Under the pieces are notes generated by a model, which had not been told where the DNA came from, ran no database searches, and saw nothing but the letters and a program-made list of their open reading frames with translations. A DNA stretch of 63,732 bases, filler included, from Octopus bimaculoides (Eukaryota): assembly GCF_001194135.2 (NCBI RefSeq). It is 6 parts of 6 records of this genome, joined end to end, with 100 filler letters (N's around TTAATTAATTAA, not from the genome) between each part and the next. Parts side by side here need not be neighbours in the genome. Positions count along the whole stretch, not along the records: positions 10,545 to 38,503 come from NC_068997.1; 5 more parts are not named here. One strand, written 5' to 3'. Both the position numbers and the translations under genes were made by a program. This document shows positions 11,150-22,420 of the stretch, one piece after another. Positions within the stretch are counted from its first letter, which is position 1, and every line of letters begins with the position of its first letter.

Positions 11150-13630
11150 TCTATAGCATCTATAGTTGTTCGGTATAGTTGCTTTTTATTCTTCCTTATT
11201 TTATCTCTAGAGGAAAGAATATTGCCCATGGCAATTGTAGGTCCTCTGAGACCGATCTAGGAGTCCGAATGCTGTTATTGTTCCGTTTAAGCTGTTAGAA
11301 ACCAACGCCTGTAAGAAAGTCATTAGCATAGAGAAGATTCTAGAGGGGAAATATTCTGCTAAAAAGAAAACTGAGCATAATGGTTTAAGGGTCTGTGTGG
11401 TGCTGAGGACTTTGGACGAACCATGTGGATAAAAATATAGTACGTAGGGAATGCTCTAAGCGTGAGGTTACTAGACAGCCAGCTCCAACGGACGGAACTC
11501 ATTGTAGAAAAGACTTGGAGGGAAGACAGCATGCTTTTTCGCTGAAGTGTGGGCTTTCTCTGTCACTGACTGGATACGGTTTAATCGAGTGACTCTTAAC
11601 AGTTCAGAATGTAGGTGTTCATACTAGCAGCACGTCCCAGATCTTGGCGGGAGCTGTTAAGGGATGAACAACTTTTGGACCCTCAATAGAAGGGCTGGTG
11701 TATTTGGTGTTATTTTAGATATATTAATTAGGTAATTTTGCGAAAGAAAATCCTTAGGAATAGGCTAGCCCAGCATTTGGAACAAAGGTCCAGCACTTGG
11801 AACGACTCTAAGGGTTTCATCTGAGTGCAATTCATGCTTCACGTTGTGTGGTACAGGGATGTTCGCTTGATATGAGTTGTGCTATAGTCTTTTGCAGCTA
11901 AAAGTAACAAGGTTAGCATAGACTCACTTCAGGAATCTATGAAGTTCTCTGCTTTTGGAATCAGTGTAGATTTAACGTATTACATCTAGGTTGTATCAGG
12001 ATCGGTGAGGGGAAGGCTGTGTTGTTTGCGTAAAATTGTGTGTTGTTAGATGTAGCGGCTAATAGGTCATTGATATATAGAATGAAAAGAGGAGAGACAA
12101 ACAAAACTCTGGTGGTGTTGGTGGTGCTGGTGGTGGTGGGGTCACAAGAATTGATTAAAAGAGGGATAGTAAGGGAGTATCAGCAAATGCATGCTACTAT
12201 GATGTGACTAGGAGGAAGTCTACCGTTTACGAGACGAGAAATAAGTGGAACCTATCATCGGGAAATTTTGATTCCTAGGCAGTCGTAGGCTTTACTCACA
12301 TCTACGGAAACAACATTGCTTTCACTAAACATCACTAGAGCAGGAGTTCTCTGCTCAGTGACACAAGAGAGCAGGTTACCAGTGAAACATATATTGAAAT
12401 GTGAGGATATATGCCAGCAGATACCGAGATATTGAGGAATTTTGTCAGTGAATAAGCAAGTTCTGGGACGCATCGCTCGAGTGTAATGGAAGGTACGTCG
12501 TGTGGATCAGTGTCTTATTTGCTGGAAGCAAATGGAGGCATTTCAGCGCTTGTGTCTATATGAGAGTTGGGGAGCCTGGTAGAAGAAGAAGAGACAGATT
12601 TAGATGGGACAGGCGTAAGGTGTGTAGTGTAGAATTGAATAAAAAGAAAGCAAAGATAAGGGTTTTCTCCTTGGTGGTACGACTAATAGAGCCATTTGGT
12701 GGAAATACTCTTCGCAAGGAACAAAAGGTATTGACTGTCGTTTGCAAAGATCTTGAAGATCTTGCGATGGCCAGAAGTATCCTTGGCACTCGGTGTGGGG
12801 ATAATACAGCGTTGCGCTGCTGGGTGAATGCCATTCAGCTTTTGAAAGTGGATGAAATGATCAAGCAATTGTAGGCCTGATATTTCCTGGACAGCAATTG
12901 CAGTGTTACTAGTAAACAAGTCAGAAGAATCGAGTCACTTAAGCTTGGCTGTTTGTGGGGTGGTGAAAGGATGTTTTTGGAAGGGTGACTTCAGTCAGTC
13001 ACCTAGCTACTTTTAGATGGTCAAGAGTGAAGCTCGTGGGCTTTTAGAAATAATTAAGTGGCATTAAACTGGTAGTGATCCGTCCAGTTGATTGACTTGA
13101 AATGCGGTGGATCCAGGCGGAAGGGGTGTTGTATAGCCTGAGATTGTGCAGTGAATAGTTACAATGAGTCCGTGGTTGGATGACTCAATAGCTAATGACA
13201 TTCTATTAATACAATGTTTACGTGATACCTGCAATGGAGTAATACATCCAGAACTGGGACGTGATTCTATCGGACATGATTTCGTAGAGGTTTGGATTAG
13301 AAGTGAGAAAAACATATGTATGTCGGTCTGGAATGAAAACATAGTATGAAACGAGTCGAATAAAAAATTGAGACTCGCAGTTTAGGTGCGGGATGAGGGC
13401 GAAAGCAATGAAGAATTGTGAGTGTGGAGGTCACTGAGAACCATGTTTCCAGAGATGGAAGAGGTGGTTGTATGGGGTAGGGGGGTGTATGATTTCAATG
13501 CAAGAGGAGAAATGGTCAAAGAGCTGCTTCTCGTTTAAGGACTTTAGGGTGAAACAGAAGAGAGCAGACTATTGTAGGGGGAGGGAAGGAGACTCAAGCC
13601 ATATAGGTTCTTGTTTGAATTGTCTGTACT
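11150..13630 (-). mobile_element. CR1/L2-group LINE, decayed (APE endonuclease and RT remnants)
   Basis: Minus strand: AIESSNHGLI (SSDH-like), SNVVSVDVSKAYD (LDISKAFD), PLFILYINDLLAATSNNTQFYANNT (FLIYINDL..YADD). Domain order is correct for a minus-strand element. Confidence 0.8.
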
Positions 13631-14097
13631 CTTCACCAGTTCCTGCCAGGGCGGAACGGCTCTTGCTTTTACTTAGCTGCATCATCGATTTATTCCATTT
13701 GCATTTTCCTCGTAATTCATAATGTTCATATATTCACTGGGAAGCGAATCTTGTGAAGTGTTACTACTAATGCCGAATTGCATATCTAAATAATTGATTG
13801 TACTCAGTTAAAACAAAAGCGTCTGCCTCTGTTAGAAATACGTCTGTTTCGAATAAATCTAACTACGGTAGTTGTTCAGTTAATCATTATCAAAGTTGTT
13901 TCTTATTGAAATGTTGCTGGTTAACCTCGGATTAAACAATAACAAAATCGTTGTAAGTAGCTTTCTCGTTGATCATTTAAAATCTTTTAGCAAGGAGGAA
14001 AAACGAATCGCATGCACCCCTTTACTGAGAGATAGAGAAGTTCTACTAACAACGGAGAACTGGTTCAAATGTTTGTAGCAAACCGGATCCCTTAAAG

Positions 14098-14349
14098 CAG
14101 TGGTACTCATCAGAAGTCCATACGACCCTTGGGGTTCCATATATGATTTTGCTGTTAGAAATGATGTGCAATAAATTGCTTATACTTCTACAATATATAA
14201 AATATTTTAACAAGTTTTTAATACATTTCCTGATAATATTTTTATATAGAAATATATGATTTTTTAAAACTTCAAATGCCTATGAAAGTCTATCCGAGTT
14301 AAATAGGAATCAAACGGGTCCATAAGTGAAAAATGGTTGAGAAATATTG
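14098..14349. mobile_element. hAT-type MITE
   Basis: Degenerate TIRs: CAGTGGTACTCATC versus reverse complement CAATATTTCTCAAC (9/14). Subterminal GGG(T)TCCATA motifs. Flanking 8-mers CCTTAAAG and CCTTAAGA resemble an 8-bp TSD. Confidence 0.55.
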
Positions 14350-15033
14350 CCTTAAGAAAACCCATGGGCAGCCTAATAGTATGAAAGCGTCAACAAATTA
14401 AGTGTACCATCTTCAGTAGCTAGTAGAATTTAGTTGGGACATAAATCCCGGTTCACGTCCGTATTTAATATGAAATATTATAAAGACGACTAAGATATAA
14501 TTTTGGAAATGTTGCATGTCAGAAAATTTAGCTGTAATTCCAGCTACTTTAGTCAAACTATGATCTCAAATAAGATACTTATGTATAAATAATGGTAAAA
14601 ATCTGATTAAGAGCAGTAATACTTTCGCTACGACGTAACGAAACAGGTACATGGCTTCTGTACCTCATCCATCTCAGCCAGCTTTCTCACCCTGATCAAT
14701 CATATTGTGTCGTCCTCCTCAGCCCGCACTAACTACTAACCAATTATCCTGTTCTTTCTTCTCAAAACTTCATCCCAGTTGAAACTCTGATACGCCGCCA
14801 AATTATGGTTTGTTCAAGAAAGAAATCGCCCAGGTCAATCTCACCGGTCTTGGAAGGTAAGGAAGGACATAAGCACAACGCCGTTAAGACTGAACCGTTA
14901 AAATATTAATAACGGGACAAATTTTGAAATTAGATGTAATGTTTCGAATTAAACATGGCAAGCAAGAAATTCTGCGCCTAAAGAACTAAATATTATACTT
15001 GCAATACTATATATATATATATATATATATTAT

Positions 15034-16040
15034 CATGGTTTCGAGTTCAATCCCACTAAGTGAAACCATGGGCAAGTCTCTTCTGCTATAGCCTCGATCC
15101 GATCAAAGCCTTGTGAGTGGATTTGGTAGACGGAAATTAAAAGAAGCTTGTTGTATATGTGTATACAGGGTGAAGTGAATATATTGTCATCTAAATTACG
15201 CAAAAATGAAAATAACACTGGCATCTCATTTTAAAAGATGTATTTACTAAAATTACATAAAAAATATCTTAAAATACGAAAGAGTAAACTAATTCAATAA
15301 AATCGCCATTGGCTTCAACCATGGTCTCCAGACAACTTCGGAATCTCCTGCAAGTTTTCTAGACGGTTTCCGTGTTTAAGTTGGTGAATGCTGACATAAT
15401 CCTTACATTCAGTTCATCATTGGTGTTAGAATGAGTTTTCTTAGTCTCTCGCTCAACTACGCCCCACACATAATAATCAAGGGGAGCTTCCGGCACTTCG
15501 TGTTGGAGCTTCTGGCGTGAATGCCAAGCAGTATAATGTTTCTAAATTTCTGGGAGAGTAACTGGCGTCATGGTGCTGTTTTTCTCGCAGACGGTGCCAA
15601 ACTGACCCTCCTATACAGTGTTGTTGACAAAATCAATGACAAACAATGAGCATGCGCGAAATTAACAATATGATAAGGCGATAATTTACCCATCGCACCC
15701 TGATGTATACATTCATACATACACACACATATATACATGTGTGTGTGTGAGTGTGTATGTATATATATATATATGTATTTATCTATATGAGTGTGTCTTT
15801 GTGTCTGTGTTTGTCCCCCCACTTCACCGCTTGACAACCAGTATTGGTGTGTTTACGTCCCCTGGAGCCTAGCAGTTTTACAAAAGAGACTGATAGAATC
15901 AGTTCTAGGCTTAAAATGTAATTCCTGGGGTCGATTTGTTCGACTAAAATCCCTCAAGGCGGAGCTCCTGCATGGCTGCAATTAAATGACTGAAACAAAT
16001 AACAGAATAACAGAATAAAAGAATAATAGAATAATAGAAT
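15034..16040 (+). mobile_element. SINE family A split by a nested transposon, ending in an (AATAATAG)n tail
   Basis: Head at 15034-15160 (GGTTTCGAGTTCAATCCCACT..GCCTTGTGAGTGGATTTGGTAGACGGAAA) and 3' half at about 15790-16000. Confidence 0.85.
15166..15702 (-). mobile_element. Non-autonomous Tc1/mariner (maT/DD37D-like) element with transposase tail
   Basis: Ends CAGGGTG.. and ..CACCCTG, preceded by TA. Minus strand 15481-15292 reads LDYYVWGVVERETKKTHSNTNDELNVRIMSAFTNLNTETV*KTCRRFRSCLETMVEANGDFIE. Confidence 0.85.
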
Positions 16041-17031
16041 AATAGAATAATAGAATAATAGCCACCTGTGTAGAGATTACAAATTAGTAAAGAAATATAT
16101 CAGTATTAAGCTTATTGGCAATAAACTCTTGTATCACTATTTAGCTTAACGAGGTGATAAATACACGCCTGTTTTGGTCACATAATGTCTAATTCTATAT
16201 CGCTTGAAACATTAAGATCTCGAAATTATATGCTCCGTTTGTACATTTATAAATATTTCATTGGTTTTTTTATCTATTATCTCTCAACTTAAATCCGTCT
16301 CATGCCTGATTTTCCATACTGTAGCTTACCTATGTGTCATTGGTTTTATCGATCTGTGAATATTATGAATCATATTTCCAAGGTTTATCTTTATTCTTAA
16401 ATTTTCGAAGATTTTACGATCGTACCTTAAAAATTTGCTCTATTTCCATGCTCGCCCTCCTGTCTCTTCCTTGCACTTTGCTACATTTTCCTTTATAGTT
16501 TTTGGTAACATATATTTACAATCCAATGATAAGATTTTCTCCAACAGTTCTGAAAAAAGAAATAAATGAAATACACATGTAATCTTATATTTAATGTATT
16601 AAAGTCTCTACTTTATAAATATTGAGTTCCTTAACTTTGGGGCCACGCGTGTTCCCACAAACAGGTATAATTTAATAATGTGTACCATCATGCCGAACTC
16701 TTTCTCCACCGCATTAATATAAATGTTGAAACAGCAAATTGCTTTGTCCAATAACAATAGAGCTATACTCCTAAACAATATTTAGCATATATTACCAATA
16801 CAAAAGACCGACTATTTTATCAAAGTCTTTGGTGGTATGGATGAATTCTTGATCGACAAGTAAACTTTAATGCGTATTTAAATCGAATATCCAACAGAAG
16901 CTATTACAAATATTTCGAAGAAGAAATATCTTCATAAAAACATATTTAATTCCCAAAGCAGTAAATATGCAAAGTATATGCGAAATGTTTGATTTCACAC
17001 GCACACACATACACATATATACATGTACGTG

Positions 17032-17130
<99 letters not shown>

Positions 17131-17833
17131 GTGTGCATAAACCCAAGCCTTCTGTATTTACTTCGTACTAGTGTCTGAGTATGCATATTCCTACATTTCC
17201 TGTATTTTCCAGAATATTATTATGTAATTTATCAACAAACGTTTTTAATTAGAAACATCTAGAACTCTTAAAATATCCATGTGCACCTAATTGTCTATCT
17301 TCGATCGCATTATTTACAAACGTCGTAACTTCCAGTGCTGCTGTAATTTCTATAGAAAATCTGTGGAGACGGAGATAACATTAAAACGTGATTTAGCAAA
17401 ATATCTTGATTTCCCTCCGAACTGGCTTTTTCAGCCTATCCTTCTAACCAAGTTAACTAAGCAGACTTTGATTTATCAATATAACTATTAAGTAATTCTA
17501 TCACAAACTACAATTATTGATTCAGTATCCTATTTTTGGGATCTCATTCTAGAAGTTACACAAATAAATATTTTTGCTTGTGTTTCCCATATTTTGGGAT
17601 TTTTTTGCAAACATAATATGGCAGTCCTGGTTTGGACGATTGTTACTGTTATCTAGCCCCAGGAATCATCCTCTCCTGCTGGCTATACGAAACACTATCT
17701 GTGTCCTTATATTTTCGAAAAGAGATTTAGAAATAATAATTTTCTATTTATTAGATCAGTGTATGTGTCACTTGGAAAAGTATATATTTCGAACAAGAGT
17801 TTAGTGGAACCATCTCTATGTAGATTAATACTC

Positions 17834-17865
<32 letters not shown>

Positions 17866-18180
17866 TCTCGCATGTACGCACCTTCACACACTTTGCCACA
17901 CTGGAAATTAGNNNNNNNNNNNNNNNNNNNNNNNNNNNNNNNNNNNNNNNNNNNNNNNNNNNNNNNNNNNNNNNNNNNNNNNNNNNNNNNNNNNNNNNNN
18001 NNNNNNNNNNNNNNNNNNNNNNNNNNNNNNNNNNNNNNNNNNNNNNNNNNNNNNNNNNNNNNNNNNNNNNNNNNNNNNNNNNNNNNNNNNNNNNNNNNNN
18101 NNNNNNNNNNNNNNNNNNNNNNNNNNNNNNNNNNNNNNNNNNNNNNNNNNNNNNNNNNNNNNNNNNNNNNNNNNNNNNNN

Positions 18181-18226
<46 letters not shown>

Positions 18227-18299
18227 ACACACACACAAACACACATACACAAACATACACACATCTATACATACAATGTTTGAGAGTTAAGGTTTACAG

Positions 18300-19070
18300 G
18301 TGATCTAAACGAGTAGGTACGCTAGGTAAGTGGTGTAACGGATTAGTAGGGCTCCAAGGTTATAGCCGAGACGGTAGTTATCGAGCCATTGCAGATTTCC
18401 GATATAGCGGATATATAATCGTTAAAGCGGACAACAAACATTAAGTCCTTAGGTGCAATCCTGTGTAAATCCATGTAGGATAAAATCCTGATAGTGTAAA
18501 AATCCAGAAATGGGCACGAACGTATCAAGGTTCAGTAACAGAATGGTAGCAGAGGTGGCTATCAAATGGTAAAAAGAAAGAAAAAATAAATAGAAAGAGA
18601 GGTAGAGAGAGTGAGGGAGAAAATTAAGGATTGGCATCAAGTATAAAATGAAGTATATAAGAATATAGTGTATAAGAATGTAATGTACAAAAGTAACTAA
18701 GAATATATAAGGATAAATAAGGAGAGAGCTGGAGGAAGTAAAGGAAGATAACGTAAAAAAATTAAAATGAGAGAAATTCAAAGAGAATAGTAGGTGCCAG
18801 TGGTATTCTTCTAGTCTGAGGGGTTGGGGAGGAAATCTAGTAGTAAATACTTGCGTTCGCTTTATGGCTAAGGTCAATGGCTGTAGAAATATTTTTAGCA
18901 ATGGGATATGGATGTGTAGGTAGTCGTAAATGGAGAAACCAGCTGAATGTTAAATTTTCTTTTTCTTTCTTTTTACCATTTAATAGCCACCTCTGCTATC
19001 ATTTCTGGATATTTACACTATTAGGACTTTAACCTACATTGATTTTACACAGGATTGAACCTTACGATTT
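18300..19070 (-). mobile_element. Decayed Penelope-like element with internal inverted duplication
   Basis: 18450-18585 is the reverse complement of 18960-19064, apart from a ~30-nt indel. Weak peptides FVVRFNDYISAI (YxDD region-like) and KIFLQPLTLAIKR. Confidence 0.4.
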
Positions 19071-19489
19071 ACAGAGTTACTTCTACCTGATGGGAAAGTT
19101 GAACTGTGAACTTTTAGGCTTCTTTTCTCTTCTCTTTCTTCATCTCCTTATTCCTTTTCTCCTGTCTTCTGTGTCGTCATTTCATTAATCTATACCCTTC
19201 TCACTTTCCATATTTGTCTCCAAAGACGGAATATCCTATAATCTGTGAAACAGCTGTAAGACTTTGAATTTTTCCAGTAATAATAGCATATAAGACTTGA
19301 GATGTTTGTCTTGCCATAACGTTTGTTATGTATGTGTCTATATATGTATATGCATATAATACAGGTGTGAATATTCCGTGTATCGTGTTTTTGTCTAAAT
19401 TTCCGGTCCGTTAAGTTTTCGTCCAGTTTCCCGCTTGCTCTGCTTCCGTCTAAGTTGTTTTCGTTGTTGTATTCTTTCTGTTCAGCTCT

Positions 19490-19524
<35 letters not shown>

Positions 19525-20481
19525 NNNNNNNNNNNNNNNNNNNNNNNNNNNNNNNNNNNNNNNNNNNNNNNNNNNNNNNNNNNNNNNNNNNNNNNNNNNN
19601 NNNNNNNNNNNNNNNNNNNNNNNNNNNNNNNNNNNNNNNNNNNNNNNNNNNNNNNNNNNNNNNNNNNNNNNNNNNNNNNNNNNNNNNNNNNNNNNNNNNN
19701 NNNNNNNNNNNNNNNNNNNNNNNNNNNNNNNNNNNNNNNNNNNNNNNNNNNNNNNNNNNNNNNNNNNNNNNNNNNNNNNNNNNNNNNNNNNNNNNNNNNN
19801 NNNNNNNNNNNNNNNNNNNNNNNNNNNNNNNNNNNNNNNNNNNNNNNNNNNNNNNNNNNNNNNNNNNNNNNNNNNNNNNNNNNNNNNNNNNNNNNNNNNN
19901 NNNNNNNNNNNNNNNNNNNNNNNNNNNNNNNNNNNNNNNNNNNNNNNNNNNNNNNNNNNNNNNNNNNNNNNNNNNNNNNNNNNNNNNNNNNNNNNNNNNN
20001 NNNNNNNNNNNNNNNNNNNNNNNNNNNNNNNNNNNNNNNNNNNNNNNNNNNNNNNNNNNNNNNNNNNNNNNNNNNNNNNNNNNNNNNNNNNNNNNNNNNN
20101 NNNNNNNNNNNNNNNNNNNNNNNNNNNNNNNNNNNNNNNNNNNNNNNNNNNNNNNNNNNNNNNNNNNNNNNNNNNNNNNNNNNNNNNNNNNNNNNTATAT
20201 ATATATATATTATATATATCATCATCACAATCACCATCAGCATCATCATCGTCATCATTTAGCGTCCAGTTTCCATGCTAGCATGGGTTACACTGTTTGA
20301 CTGGAACTGGTAAGCCTTAGAACTGTATCCGCTTCCAGTCTAACTTTTATATACACACATATATAGACACACGTATCTGGCATTGGTATAAAAGATTGTG
20401 GTCAGTGGGACCATTGGGAATCCTTACTGCAGACTACCCCCTGGTATAATGTTGAAACAAGGCGAATCACACATTAACTAT

Positions 20482-20650
20482 CTCTCTCTCGATGCTTCTC
20501 TCTCTCGATGCTTCTCTCTCTCGATGCTTCTCTCTCTCGATGCTTCTCTCTCTCGATGCTTCTCTCTCTCGATGCTTCTCTCTCTCGATGCTTCTCTCTC
20601 TCGATGCTTCTCTCTCTCGATGCTTCTCTCTCTCGATGCTTCTCTCTCTC
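20482..20650. repeat. 16-bp minisatellite (CTCTCTCTCGATGCTT) x10
   Basis: GATGCTT recurs every 16 nt from 20491 to 20635 with identical units. Confidence 0.97.
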
Positions 20651-20685
20651 TCCCTCTCTCTCTCTCTCCCTCTCTCTCTCTCTCC

Positions 20686-20731
<46 letters not shown>

Positions 20732-20829
20732 CACATGCGTGTGTGTTTATGTGTACTTTTATTCTTTTAATGATAGTACTGCGGCCATGCTGGATCGCCG
20801 CTTTAATTTATTTTCTATTAGTTTTGTTG

Positions 20830-22420
20830 TTGCTTTTTGACTGGAAGCTGGTCTATGATTGGGTTTTGTAGCAATTGATCTGCCCTGAGTGCATCCTTGA
20901 ATGGTTGACTAGTACGGTATCATCGTTAAGAGTTACTCCAATGATTTTTAGGGTTTCTTTTTAAATGTTTCAGTAGAAATCCCTTTTATATTTCTGATTA
21001 ATTTAGACAGGTAGTTGAAAGGTTGGGGACCTCTAAATATGAGATTGGTACAATAGAGTATTTTTGCTCGTGATTTTGAAGGTGGTATATTTGGAAACTG
21101 GCAGCCTATAAGAGTTTGTGCATTAACATTCTCTCCAATGCCGAAGTTTAGAACATGCCCTTCCTAGATTTTCCATACGTATGTGAAAGTATATATCTCT
21201 CTCAGCGTTAAGACTTTAACTGAAATTATTTTACTGGTGAACGTTCCTTGTAATCCTTCAATTTCTTCTATGCGCCTGGATGAATTAGGAGATTAAAACT
21301 GTAAGCAGTAATCTAATCTGCTCAGAACTAGCATTTCCCATAAAGTTAGCCTAACTACCGGTTCCCTTGTCATGGAAGTTCGTAAGATCCAATCTATTAG
21401 CTTGCTGCATTTAAAAGTTAGTTTGGATAATATGGCTGATGAAAAATGCATCATTTGACATGATTACACCTAAGCCGTATGTCATTAGTGTTCTCATTCA
21501 TTATGTTACTTTGTGTCAAATATTGCGATTTGGGTGTATTCCCTCAGTAATGAAGAAGCTGAATATGGTTTAGCTCATAGCCATCGATATTTTTGTGTCT
21601 TCGGTGTAATTCGCTTCCTGATATATGCGACTTATTACAGATAACTTACCAGAGAGAAAACCATTTGCAGCAACTGATGCTGAGTTTGGATCTAAGCTAT
21701 CAATAGCTGCAAGTATATCAAAGAATTCGTTTGGATTATGTACTATTTTGTTAATTATAGCTTGGGAAAATACATTGTTATATTCTTGACTCAAGAATGT
21801 GAATATTTGTGATAGACCATTAACATATGATGCATCTTGATCCATTAGGGAACCAATCTGGCTATGTGTTTGGTTCTGTTATGTATTAGTTTCCGTCTAT
21901 CTCGTGGAATCAAGTTCTTGCGGGAATAGGCGTTTATTTGGGACATGCTTTCGGCAGATCTTGATTAGTTCTTCGTACAAAAACTTCATTCCCACGTTAA
22001 TAGTGAGGTTGCTAATACTCTGAGGCCAACTTGTTTTGAGGATTTCAGCTTAGATATCTCTCCAGTCGGCCTTCCTGTAACTCAAGTTCATGGTGAGTGA
22101 GTCATGTTTGAGATTTTCTGTACGTTGTCCTCTTTCTACCATATACAAATAATTGCATTAGGCTTTGGTCAGAAATAACAGTGGGAATAACCTGAACATT
22201 ATGAACGAAGTCTGTATTAACGGTAAAGACTAGGTTGAGTATGTTATTTTCCCTAATTGGACGGGTAATGATTTGTTGCGTGGGAAAGTCTATAGTGGCA
22301 TCGAGGAGAGCGTCCGTATCCCTCCTGGTCAAATGGGAGAAATTCCAACTTATATGGGATAGACAATCGAAAGAAAGTCCAGCAATGGAAGTATAAGCAT
22401 TAAATATCAAAGTTAAAATT
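20830..22420 (-). mobile_element. CR1-group LINE, decayed and internally deleted
   Basis: Minus strand: NNILNLVFTVNTDFVHNVQVIPTVISDQ (endonuclease C-terminus LDLVFT..SDH), LSQEYNNVFS..AAIDSLDPNSA (pre-RT), LTLWEMLVLSRLDYCL (post-RT). The RT core appears missing. Confidence 0.75.

Noticed and set aside
20482-20650. Regular array as a CRISPR-like locus
   Set aside because: Units are contiguous and identical with no unique spacers, there are no cas genes, and the context is eukaryotic.
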